Origin: Chrysomallon squamiferum
Taxonomy: Eukaryota > Animalia > Mollusca
NCBI GenBank assembly: GCA_012295275.1
Contig: CM022670.1
Span: forward strand, 27,652,001-27,716,000
Direction of reading: 5' to 3'
Length of the DNA: 64,000 bases
In this document: positions 39,336 to 51,364 of the stretch, piece after piece
How the letters are laid out: every line of letters begins with the position of its first letter
Numbering within the stretch: the first letter of the stretch is position 1
The notes under the pieces: model-generated
Databases searched by the model: none
Seen by the model: only the letters and a program-made list of their open reading frames with translations
What the model was told of the DNA's origin: nothing
Program-made: the position numbers and the translations under genes

Positions 39336-39945
39336 CTATGTTGTTTACATTTTTAATAATTTGTAGGATGCATAGTTTTCTTCTGTGTTCTGATTTCTAT
39401 AGTATATAAATTATAATATGAATACGTTCAGAAATAAACGAATTAACTTCGTGTTTTGTTTTAAACATTCTTGCGATAAATGGCGAATTAAAAATCGTAC
39501 ACCTAACAGACTACAACAAACCAGTACAATGTATTCTCTGAATCTAGGTATCAGAGGTATCGACAGAATGTTGAATAAGAAACGTATCACTTTTTTATCG
39601 TAAAACCATAAAGTGTTCAGTTTTAAAGCTTAGAGTAAACACAACCTGAAGAAAAAATAGCCTATCAGAGAAAATATTAACAATGGTCACATGACAGGTA
39701 TCTCGTTTGCAGTCAAATCACACGAAGTACAAGAACAAAGCCAAGAAAATTATTTTGTTCGCTTCAAATGACACTTATCGTATGTGTGCCTTTAACCGTC
39801 TTTAGTCGCATGATTTCTTACACGTTGTATTGCTCCTAACTAATACAGGCAATACTTCTCAGTAACATTTATATAACACATATGACGATAACGATGACAA
39901 TGACTTTATTTTCATGTATTACAAATGTATAATAACAAAATTAAA

Positions 39946-39977
<32 letters not shown>

Positions 39978-40001
39978 ACACGCACATTTTGTTTAAAATG
40001 T

Positions 40002-40992
40002 TATTTGAAAGTTGTTGACAAATTGTTCACAGCACTAGTTGAATTTTTGCAGTCTTTATTGTCAAGAACAGACATTTCCATTGCGTTGTTTTGTTTAGTT
40101 CACGTTCCCACTCTTGGAGCTTTTCTTCCTGCAAGATTTTCACTTTTGAGTCCATTTGTTTTTAAGTCCAGAAATTTCCTTTTTGGCACGTGGTGCTTCT
40201 TCAATCTTTCATGCTTTTAAAGTTTGACAGAGCAGATTTTGCCTCCTACACAACCTTTGAAACAGTACATTTTTCCATTTGTTTCTCCATCCGTTTGATT
40301 GTTTGGTTTATAATTTGACACATCCTTTCATCTTTTTCTGTGCTGTCACACCTCGGATTGCAACATATTTGGACCTTTGAAACTGTAGCTGTTTTACTCT
40401 CATTTCTTATGGATTTGTTTAATAACCCGATGACTAGCAGTTTTTTTCTTTGTCTGGTTTTCATGGGAGAACTACTAACTGGTAGTTTTGTCAATGGCAG
40501 ACTACTCTGAATCTTCTCCCCAGTATGAACTGATATCCAATAAATTGTGTGGGTCTGGGGAAGCACTAACATTGTGGGTTGCAACTCGGTTCAGGTTGGG
40601 GAACATCTTGTTTTTCGGGTACATTCTTAAGATTACTGAATTCCGTCAGGAAAAACTTTTCAGAACATTCATCAAGAAAGTTGTACAGCACAAGTCAGAT
40701 TTCGAAATTTATCAAACTGGTACACAACTTTCTTTACTTCAGCAGAAAGTCTCGAGATAGGGACTAGGAATTAGTCCAGATGTAGTGACAAATGACTACA
40801 TAATTCACTAATAGTTTTTGTTCGACCATTACCACAGCTATATAAAGCACACGTGTCCATTCAAAAATTGATCCGTTGCAGGAACTGTGGAATAATTTCC
40901 TTGAAGATTCTGTCTAGCTAAGCTTGGTTGGTTGGTTATATCTGATTACGCACCGTTTCTTCTTACTCATTAGGCGTCTTTTTGGTCATTCA
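40002..40992 (-). pseudogene. Decayed terminal exon-like block (pseudogene or lncRNA exon)
   Basis: Strong minus-strand acceptor TTCTTTTTTCTGTTTCAG just above 40992, then about 1 kb of coding-like sequence broken by stops and frameshifts (e.g. ...RKAPRVGT*TKQNNAMEMSVLDNKDCKNSTSAVNNLSTTFK*). Minus-strand AATAAA near 39905-39910. Confidence 0.35.
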
Positions 40993-41465
40993 CTGAAACA
41001 GAAAAAAGAAGAGCTGAGAAGACAACTGAAATAAGTTTCAAAAATAGTTGAAATTAAGAAAGAAAATATTAACAAAATGAAACAGCAACACTGGGCCAAA
41101 CCAAAACCTGAAACAAATCAAAACAAAAAACACTGTATGAAAAGATATGCAAAATTTGGTATAATGACCAGTACAACTTAAATCCACACAGATTTCAATA
41201 GCAAGTGCTTGTTCGATTTGTAAACAGACAGCCTAGAAATTATAATTGATGATAGATGGTAGTTGGTCATTTTTATGATTTTAAAATCCTAAAACATCTG
41301 CGATTTGAGACGGTTATGGATGAAAAATACAATGTGTTGTTAGGGACATCTTTTTCCATCATTCGTATGTAAGATAAGTAATTTAAGAAGAAAAAGTCAA
41401 CATAATCTATCCTCAAACATATCATTAAACTGGAAGTTTAGGCCGCCTGACTTTCACTTCGATCT

Positions 41466-41836
41466 AACGCCGAAATAACCATGTTTGACGAGATAAATAT
41501 TACAATTAACAGCCTCGAAGCTGCTCGATAAAATTTCAAAGACAATAAGATAAAAAACAACAAAAAAAAAAAACACCTAATTATGTCCAGCTACTTTTCA
41601 TTCGTCTCACGTATCCAGTTTTAGTGATTGTAGCATGTTGAAATTTTGTAAACGTTTCGAGTTTGGTTATCGAACGCCGAAATGACCAGCAAACCATATT
41701 TCATAAGGTTAAAATTACGATTAACAGCTTCTTGATAAAATTTTAAAGACAATAAGATAAAAAAAAAACCAAAAAAAAAACCACCTAATTATTATGTCCT
41801 TACTTTCATTCCTGTTATGTATCAGGTTTTAGTGAT
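41466..41836. repeat. Diverged direct tandem duplication, about 207-bp period
   Basis: AACGCCGAAAT...ATTAACAGC...GATAAAATTT.AAAGACAATAAGATAAAAAA...CACCTAATTAT...TTTTAGTGATT occurs at about 41466-41629 and 41673-41837. Confidence 0.75.
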
Positions 41837-44167
41837 TCATGCGTGTTGAATATTCGTAATTTTCTTAAAAGCAGCGTAGGTACAGCAAAACTCAACGGAA
41901 TAAAAATGATCGAAACCGTGAGCACTTAAGGATATCCCGTCTGTGTTTTTATGCAGAAATCCCAAGGAAAGAATGTAACACGAGCCAATGAAAAGCGAAC
42001 AAATGGTGCCCCCCTGCACACCATGTGAAATACGAGCGAAGTGGAACAGCTAAATGACCGCCGCGAACGGTGATTATCTGCACATAGCTATTGTTCACTG
42101 GCAAACAAAGCGCAATTATTTCTCAGGTAAAGCATCATCTTTAAAAAAAATATATAATAATAATAATAATAACAAATTCCTAGTATAAATAACAGACATA
42201 TTAACAGATTTATTCATCTTTAATTATCGCAGTATGGATGGATGGAGAGCTCTTTTTACGTGCCCACGTCCAATTCAAGGTTCGGGCACGCCTATCCCGG
42301 ATCCGATCTCTGGGATCGCCAGTAATTATCGCAGTACGGATACCTTTTGTTCGAGCTCCGCTTATATTATTTTATGTAAGGACTTCGGTGCGATGTCCAA
42401 AACCTCACTCAGTCAAATTTTAGTCATTGAAACGACTATGATACAGTGACATACACCGCGTGAAATACACTTTAATCACATCAAACTGAATATAAGCCAT
42501 ATATTTATTTGTAAATAAAGACAACAACAATAATAAAAAGAGGTTATTCACAGGCAGTTATTCTAATTTTATTTATTGTTAATTTTACTGTTTATTCGAT
42601 TGCGAAAGAATCATACTTTTTAATCATCAAAATTTGACCATTTTGTCACATCATCGATGATTGTGTTGTTGTTTTTTTTGGGGGGGGGGTGCTCTTCTTT
42701 TTTTCTTTCTTTTTCTTTTTTTTTGGTCCTTTTATGGTTGTTCTTTTTTTGAAGGGGTTGGTGGTTAATTGTTTCATTTTATGGAGAGACAGAGATAGAG
42801 AGAGAGCGTCTTTAATAAAATAAACAATCAAAAGTAAATTAATTTTAATATCATGATCAGCATTCATGAATAACAAAGATGAGCATTTCATATGCTTCAT
42901 TACAGAATTTAATAAGTTTGTACTATCAATAATAAAGAATGTACTGACATGATAATGAATCATATTCTGTATTATTACAAAATTATTAAATTCTGAACAT
43001 ATGCAAGAAAGCAAAAATACCTGTTATATACCTTGTATATAATGAAACATACATCAACATAATTTTATATTATAGTGTATTTTTCCACTATAAAAAAAAC
43101 AAATGTAACAAATGACTTGTATTTTGTATGAAATATCTATGTATATAGTATCTATTAACAAAAAAAGGCTGTATGTCTTTTTGAATCACCTAAAATAATT
43201 TTGTCATTATGATTATGATTATGAAAATACAGACTTGATTTGAAATGAAATGAAAGAGTATTCATATATAAAGTGGTTTTAAATGAATACTCTAGAAAAA
43301 GATCGCAAGTTAACCATCAATACCTGATTATGAAAATCTTAATTTGATTGATTTCCATGAATTTCGTAACTAAAAATAAATGAGTAAATGTATAAAAATA
43401 TATGAAAAAATGAACATTAAGTTTCATACTTTGAAAACATCTAGATATTGGTGTCTACAAATTGAACTAAAATAAACAAAAATATTCGTGATTTGTACAC
43501 AAACTGGAAATTTATGTGTGATGTGCAAATCAAATGCATTTACTTGATTAAGTAATATGAAAGCAAAATATCAAAAATATTGCACAAATCATGACTTTTA
43601 ATTATAGGTAACTGATTAAAATGTCAACACCAACCTTTTACTTTTTGAAAGTAATGTGAAAATTTAATTTTCATTTATTATTTATTTACTATTATTATTG
43701 TTATTGTTATTATGAGAAACTAATATTAACATAAAAGTCAAGCACCAATGGCAACTAGAATCAAAACATGAAAATATTTATATATATATATATAAAGATT
43801 GTGTTTTTTGACTGAAATAAAAAGTAATAAGTTTAATTTATACAAAAATCCCACTGACATGCTTTGGCACTAGTACAATTTATTTTAAATATTAACATGA
43901 TATTTAATAAAATCCCCCCAAAAATTAAAGTCATGCCATGTAGTATCTGTATTTACAGTGTATAAGTAAATATATGTATACAGTTAAATACCTGAAGCAC
44001 TATTTGATGGTAAATCAAAAATCTACATTCTTGAAAACTGCTGCAAACCTAATACAAAAAAAATGATATTGCATAGTCAGTTGTTTATAAGAAACAAATA
44101 CAAGATTTTGTTCATCTTAAAGCAGTGCAACAAAATGTTATCATTAAAAAATATTTTTTTTTTTTTT

Positions 44168-47100
44168 TTAATGAGGCTGCATATTTGCTGGAGCTATAGT
44201 GTTACTGTGGCCAGCAGGCACCATGCTAGCCTGTGCTATCTCTGTTAAACTGACAGTCTGTTGAACTGGCTGCACTGCCACATATTCTGTTATTGTATCC
44301 CACCCTACAGTCATTGCTGTTTGTCCTGCCCCTGAGTGGGACAAAGACGTTGGGAAAGGGCCATGGTTGATTGGAAGGTTCTGAATGAACCGAATTGTCT
44401 CCATGTCACCCATTGCTCCTGGTGTTGTGAATTTGTTCAGTGTTTTAGTCCTTCCACTTGCATAAGAATGTTCTTCAGGTCCAGTGGTCACTGTTCCATG
44501 ACCTGACCAGGTGGGCTGTTGGAGCCTGTGATGGACTGGCTGGTGATCTGAGGTGAAAATTCCTCTTGATTTTAACTGTTCTGCATATGTAATAAGTGTG
44601 GTCAAGCTGCAAGGATCTTGACCATTTGCATAATTCTGCTGGACGGGTTCTGTTGTGTTCATGCCAGTATGGTCATTGTTAGAACTTGTAGGCTGTGTGG
44701 ATGAGACCACTTGAGGCGCAAACCTGTAAGGAACAGTTTTCAAGGTCTGAGGGTTGGGATTGTTCTGTGTGTTCACCACCATTGTTGTTGGTGTTCCTGC
44801 AAATGTAAACACAGGGTCCTGATTCATCACCTCTTTAGGCAGAATGTTTCGTGAACCAACTTGAGGTGTTTCCACAATGTTTGTCTGTACTTGAACTGTT
44901 GCGTGTTTTTTCTTAGGTGCTCTAGAAGCATTTTCTTTTTGTTTTTGCTCTCCTGCAGGGTGAACTGTCTTGATATGATGCAGAAGATGTTTTTCCTTTT
45001 TGAATGTGTAAAGACAAATGCTGCACGGAAATTCCTCTGAATTTGCAAATTTCTGTTCTAGAACTTCATGTCTGTGACTGCACTTGTAGTGTCTGTGTAA
45101 GTGGTCTTTTCTACCAAATGTCTGAGGACAAAATTCACACAGGTATTGCTTGTCTTTTGTATGCACCACAGTATGCCTTCGGACATCTTTCTTAGTTCCA
45201 AACATCCTATTACAAATTGGACATGGGTGTATTTTGGGGGCATTGGAGACAGATTTGTAGCGATTATGAGATTTAGTGTGTTTAACCAGCTCTTCTGCAC
45301 TTTCAAATTTTTTGTCACAAATACTGCAAGTTGTGGCAAGGCCTTCCTTTGCATCATGAATAGCCACATGGTAATCATATGTAGATTTGAAAAGGTAAGA
45401 TTTTCCACACTTGTCACATGTATAGACACTGCGGTTTGCATCATGAGTTCTCATGTGAATTTTCAAGTGATCAACACGGTTGAAAGTTTTTTCACAATAA
45501 GTGCACTGTCGATTCTGAGGCCTTGCATGTGTTAACTGATGCCTCCAGTATGTAAATCTTGAATTAAAACCTTTGCCACAGTTTTCATGATTGCACTGGT
45601 AAGGAGATTTACCAGTATGCTTTGAAATGTGAAGTCTGTATGTTTCCTCTGAAGCAAACTTTTCATCACAAAATGAGCATGTGTGCCTTGGTTTCCTCAT
45701 GTATTTCTTTTTACGACAGTTCATTTTAATTTCTCTGTCTTTCTCTTTCTTTTTAGAAATGTTCACTTTTGTTTGTCTCATTAAAGCCCTCTTCTTTCTC
45801 TCCTCCTCTGAAAGCTTTGGCCTTCCACGTTTAGGTTTATCAACACAGTCTGCTTTGTTATCATCTTCTAATTTGAGAGGTATTTTGCGAGGCTTTCCTT
45901 TACGTCTAGTTGTTCGCATTGGTTCGTCACTGTCATTAGAAAGACATGGATGTTCATATAACTCTCTCATGCTGTCAAATGATTTCTTGCAAGAAGAGCA
46001 GTATGCTGATTCTGGAGAGTTGGAATCACTGGTGTCATTTTGTGCTGTGTCTTCAATGATATGCGATCGTCTTACAGTTGATCTCCGCAACACTGGCTTG
46101 TCTGCAGTTGAAGATAACAACATGAATAAATACAGAGCTACAATGAATGCACTCTCTCTCACCGCATCAACCACACACACACACACACACACATATATCT
46201 ACATATGTACATACATACACAAAAACATACACATCTGTATTTCCTTTCATCCTTCCTTATAACCATCTTCAACTTAGACACATTTCATATTTCTTTAAAA
46301 TCTATTATTTAATCAAACATAATTTAGATACAGCTTCAACTGAAGGTTAAAAAAAAAAAAAAAAATATTTAATATTCCATTAATCTATTTAGTGGATAAA
46401 ATTATAAATGTTCAAACCTTGCCCAGAGGAAGTCTCAACATCTTCTTCCAGCATTGGTTTTCCTATTTTGACAGCATATGCTTTAGCATACCATACTTTG
46501 AGTTCAGTTGAAGCTGGAATAACCTATGAAAAGAAATTGTTTTTAAATGTTTTAGAACACCTCCGATAAAAACAACACTGCAGAATGTAAAAAAATAAGT
46601 TTGTTTCGAAGTATTTATATTAGGCTGATAGTCCATTACCCAATTATCTTATGGTTTTGCCTAAAACATCACTTGCATTTATCATTTTTAGTTTAATATA
46701 TATATGCATGTTTGTTCTTGATTGATTTTAGGTAAGAAACCACTGATCTGCATTTAACAATGTAAAACTTTAAAAATAACTCACTTTTGTGCTGACAAAG
46801 TAAATCTTTCCCTGTGACTGGTAGGCAACCAAATTCTGCTCTGACTTGTTTCTTGCTGGTCGAACAAATATCATCCAGTTACATTCATCTTCATCTGTTT
46901 GATCATAGATCCACAGTGAATTGTCATCAGACAGAAGCTGAAAGTACAGATAAAATAATAATAATAATAATAATATCACATATACAAACAAAAAAGCCCT
47001 AATTTTAAGGATATCTTTCAATAGATGGTTTATTTTTGTCCATTAATGTCCTCAATTTAATCTGATTTTTAAAATAATATGAAATACATATCCATTTTCA

Positions 47101-49551
47101 CATGGACTGAGAATAATGTGCCTGAAGTCAAACTAAACATTCAAAGTCGAAAACAAAAACAAAACAACAACAACAACAACAACAACAACAAAATATAATA
47201 AATAAATACATAAAATAGCTCAATTAAATGCACTGTATCTTTCATAAATATATGGGTTCAGCTTTCTTTTTTACCAATATATTCCAAATATAAACAATAA
47301 TAAATTACCTTAACACTTCTACATATAATGTACATAAAGTAACAAATGCAGTTAATGTGATTTCAAATTTAAATTAAAAATTCAGTTTTTGGTGAAATCA
47401 ATTATCCATAATAAGGTTCTTCATTTTTCATTGAAATGGGAGATAACTCTCTATTAAGTAAACAGGGGGGAAAACCTTGAGTGAGAATGGAGCTGGGTCA
47501 ACTTTGGGCTGGGTTGCATACAGCGGTGCTTCAAGTGGACCAAACTGACTGCGATGTTTGATAACCCGCTTTGCGAAAACTGCATCTGCAACAAACATGT
47601 TTTATAAACTTTAATAAAGGCAAGTATTTGTTATTTAAATAAAAATGTTCCATCAGTTTATAAAAAACATTATTACAAGCTACCAGCACTGGATGCTGTT
47701 TATACCTAACACCCTATAAAAGCATTTTTCAGTTGCAACATTTTACTCTTATAAATGAATGAATGAACATCTTTCACTTTAAATTAGGAATGATACTATA
47801 TTATTTTTGAATTAGTACTTATTCATAAGATAATAAAATTTTCGTAACAAAAAGTCATAGTAATATAAACCTTCATTTGTGCCAGGGATCTTTTTGAGAC
47901 ACAGCACTGACGGAAGAGACATTCTAGCTCGACTTGGAGCTTTCCCATCTGAAATAGAAACCACTCCTCCCTCTCCATGTATTTCACACTCCTCTTTATA
48001 ACTGAGTCCACATTCCTTGCAATCTGAAAGTCAGTTATGTCTTCAAAATCAACTTATGTGATAACCAGGGTAAATATTCTATAAATGATCCACATTACTA
48101 ATATAAGATAACTGAACATGTACAAGCCAAAATGTTTTTGAAACTGTAAAAATATATTAAATGTTTGCTTAATGACAAGAATAAACAAATTTTTATGCAG
48201 AAAGAAAATGATTCGGTCTGAATGTATACTGAATTTATCATGTTAAGGCATACATACACATATATTATATATATATATAATATAAAATACTGTTTATTAC
48301 AACTAACAAAGCATTTCAGTGTGACCAGCAGTCCATACAGAACAAACCATAAGTCTTCAAAATTATGTAAAACACTTATTTAATAAGAAGAAATTTTGTT
48401 GCATTTCTGTTAAAGAAATCCACACCTATATTGAGAAATCAATTTTTATCAATATCCTAAAATTCAGTCTTTTACTTTTAATCACTGAAAAGTGTTGGAG
48501 AAAAGACACAAAAACACTGAGCTTACAAAACAGTATCTGCTTGACTTCAGAATCTTCATCCTCCTCATAGTCCTGGGTATCACCTGGTAGCAAATGTAAA
48601 AATAGACAGTCAGTTCTTATATATCTTGTACATTTTCTTATCACAAAGAAAAATATGTGTGCATTGTATTATTAAATTAATTCAGTTAAACAACAGATTA
48701 TTTTACTATTGCTGTATAATTACTGTGAAAAAGAAAAAAAGAAAAGAAACAATAAAACAGTAATTCTCTACCATTAAATAAAAGCACCCATAATGATGTA
48801 AATAATGCACTAAGAACCAGCATGGCATGCTCAGTCTTAAATAGAATATGACAGGCCTGCCTTAACATTTCACTGTTGGACAAATGTCAAAAATTATCCA
48901 CACCCACAACCTCTAGTTTTTGAGACAACAGATGTTGCAGTCATTAAAGTACATAAGTAAACAAAAAGTAATATAAAATTATTATAGTTAATAGTTAAAG
49001 CACTGATAAAAACTATTAAAATCTATCTCTACAATGATCCAGACTCATTTGTTATTCCTTTATGGTTAGATCACAGTGGTTTCAGTCCTTAATAATCATA
49101 TATAGGTTGAGGATCCCGTATCCGAAATTCCAGAATCCAAAAACGCTCCAAAATCGAAAACTTTTTATGAATCCAAGCACACAATCAGTGGTATTTTACA
49201 GTTTTCTGAATGTCTGCCATATATATAAACTTTATTTTATGAAAAAAATTATTAAAAAAATTATTTTAAAAATCCAACAGCCATTCATATAAGCTGCAAT
49301 ATGAAATATAAATAGAATTTCTATTTAGATTTAGATTCTATTTTGAGGTTATCTTTCTTTAAAAAAAATTGAAATCTGAAACACTTCCACCCAAACCATT
49401 TCAGATAAGTGATTCTCTATCTGTAATATGTGCTAAATGAATTACAAAAAACACTCACCAGTCTCCTGATCGTGTGCTTCATCTGATCCAACTTCTACTT
49501 CCATATCAGGAGTATCAGGTGCTCTAACAAAAAAAAAAAAAATAATGATAA

Positions 49552-49586
<35 letters not shown>

Positions 49587-50645
49587 TTTTAATAAGCTTT
49601 GGTGAAAAACTGGCCAGACCTCAAAAAGGATCAATAATAACAATGTAAAAAAATAAATATTTTCTGCTTTCCAGATTTTTTAAATCTTAATAGTTCAAAA
49701 TTTAAATAAAATGTCATAATATATTAAGATTAGGTTTAAAGATTTAAATATTTAATAAATTAGAATATAATACTGGAATTAAGCCAAGAGGTGTTTTATG
49801 TTATGTGTTTCCTTTCTAAAAAAAAAAATATATATATATTATATATATTTAATAAATAAATAAAAATGATTACTTGCTATTAATATTAAAATTATTGCTA
49901 ATAATATAATCATCAAGTATTCATTCACATAAAAATATAATTTTTCTTGTCTTCTTATTTCTACAAATCTTAATTTTAATTTTATGGGTTCCAATTTTAC
50001 AAAATTAATTATCACTTTCATACCACTATAACACTGTGACAGTGACTGTCATTTCATGCTACAATTACTTTGTGAATATTCACTTTATTATATGCAGTAT
50101 TTTAAACTTAACAGTCCTTTTAATTTCTTTAAACAATTATTTGATCATTAGTGATTAAATATACCTATTTTAAGTAATTAAATTAAATTTAGTAATTAGG
50201 GCTTATCAAATAAATTTAAATTTTAATAACTAATATTTCAATGTTTTTCATTATTTGTTTAATAAAAAATATTATCCAAAATAAATAAAACGAAACGAAT
50301 TTATTTTGTATTGTATTTATGATTATTTTGCTAGCAGCCGAGATTACATACATCATTTACATGTAGTTCTTAAACAATTCTTTAAACAAATTAGCATTCA
50401 ATTCCGTCAGTTTAGAGCGCCATGAAAACAAAATGGAGGCCCAACCTGGGTAAATTTGGGTCATATTACATCAAAAGAGTAAACAAAAGAAGCACTAACG
50501 GAAATAACAGACAGAACCGAAAATGCAACGGAATATTTCCTTCCTAAAATTTGGAGTGAATCAATTATATTTATTTACATTTTTAAGTAGAATTTAATTA
50601 TGATTCTTAAATATTACATCTTTCCAACCTTGAGAAGGACGCCAT
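44168..50645 (-). CDS. PLAG-family C2H2 zinc-finger protein with an N-terminal zinc knuckle and PR/SET domain, 864 aa. Exons 50645-50629, 49523-49459, 48583-48527, 48023-47871, 47585-47476, 46937-46785, 46523-46418, 46101-44168
   Basis: The finger array CEKTFNRVDHLKIHMRTHDANR...CNRMFGTKKDVRRHTVVHT...YLCEFCPQTFGRKDHLHRHYKCSH closely matches PLAG1/PLAGL fingers as I recall them ([54 protein letters not shown]). Upstream exons encode a PRDM-type knuckle YCKECGLSYKEECEIHG and PR domain motifs SRARMSLP, VFAKRVI..RSQFGPLE, CNWMIFVRPA...EQNLVAYQ, IYF and ELKVWY. AT-hook KRGRPK. All junctions are GT-AG and in phase. Confidence 0.9.
49103..49423. mobile_element. pogo/Tigger-type MITE (Tigger4/MER46-like) in intron 2 of the PR-PLAG gene
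   Basis: Left end TA|TAGGTTGAGGATCCCGTATCCGAAATTCCAGAATCCAAAAACGCTCCAAAATCGAAAACTTTTT; right end GAAATCTGAAACACTTCC...CATTTCAGATAAGTGATTCTCTATCTG|TA. Imperfect TIRs with a TA target-site duplication. Confidence 0.75.
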
Positions 50646-50857
50646 CGTAGAGGTGCATTATGGGTATACACTAAAATAAACAATATACTATTAACTAAAA
50701 GAATGTTCAGAATTTATTTTATCAACCAACTGGTGCTTTTTCAACATCTGAAAATAATTAAATATAAATGGTTAGGTACCTTTAAAGTTAAGGATCTTTT
50801 AATATAGCAATTATTGATTGCTACTTCTCCACAGATTTGGAGCATTTTTTTTCTTTC

Positions 50858-50905
<48 letters not shown>

Positions 50906-51107
50906 TTACATATATTTCTTCTTTTTTTTTGTAAGAAGAAAAAATACATGTAACAGTTTTATATGACAATGGTAGCCATTTTAATATAAAAGTGCATTTT
51001 TACACAAATGACTTTCTTTTTAATGTCCAGAGAAAAGAGAAACACTATAGTATATGATTATATTAAAATTAAATCCTAATTACAAAGTAATTAGTGTGTA
51101 AGCAATA

Positions 51108-51162
<55 letters not shown>

Positions 51163-51364
51163 GTTATTATTATTATTATTATTCTGATACGACAATGAAT
51201 ATTATTTATTATTGTTAATTTTTTTTGTCTTTTCACTGTCACGCAATAAATGTAACTAGTTGTTGTACAATGACCTCAGATAGCGGCAAACCAAAATGGC
51301 AGCTGCCATGTAACTCAGTGTTTCTGTTATAATATACGGTTGTTCCAACTTGAACGAAAATAAA
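50646..51364. promoter_or_regulatory. Bidirectional promoter between PR-PLAG and CHCHD7
   Basis: Divergent ATGs lie 720 bp apart. ZNF143/Staf-like TACCCATAATGCAC on the minus strand (50666-50653); YY1-like CAAAATGGCAGC (51292-51303); (ATT)n tracts at about 50859-50905 and 51109-51183. Confidence 0.65.

Noticed and set aside
46102-46192. N-terminal extension of the 674-aa ORF (MCVCVCVVDAVRES...)
   Set aside because: Intronic read-through from a (TG)n repeat. The true exon starts at the acceptor before 46101.
44827-46262. Overlapping antisense and alternative-frame ORFs within the zinc-finger exon
   Set aside because: Shadow ORFs of a long coding exon, with no independent splice or homology support.
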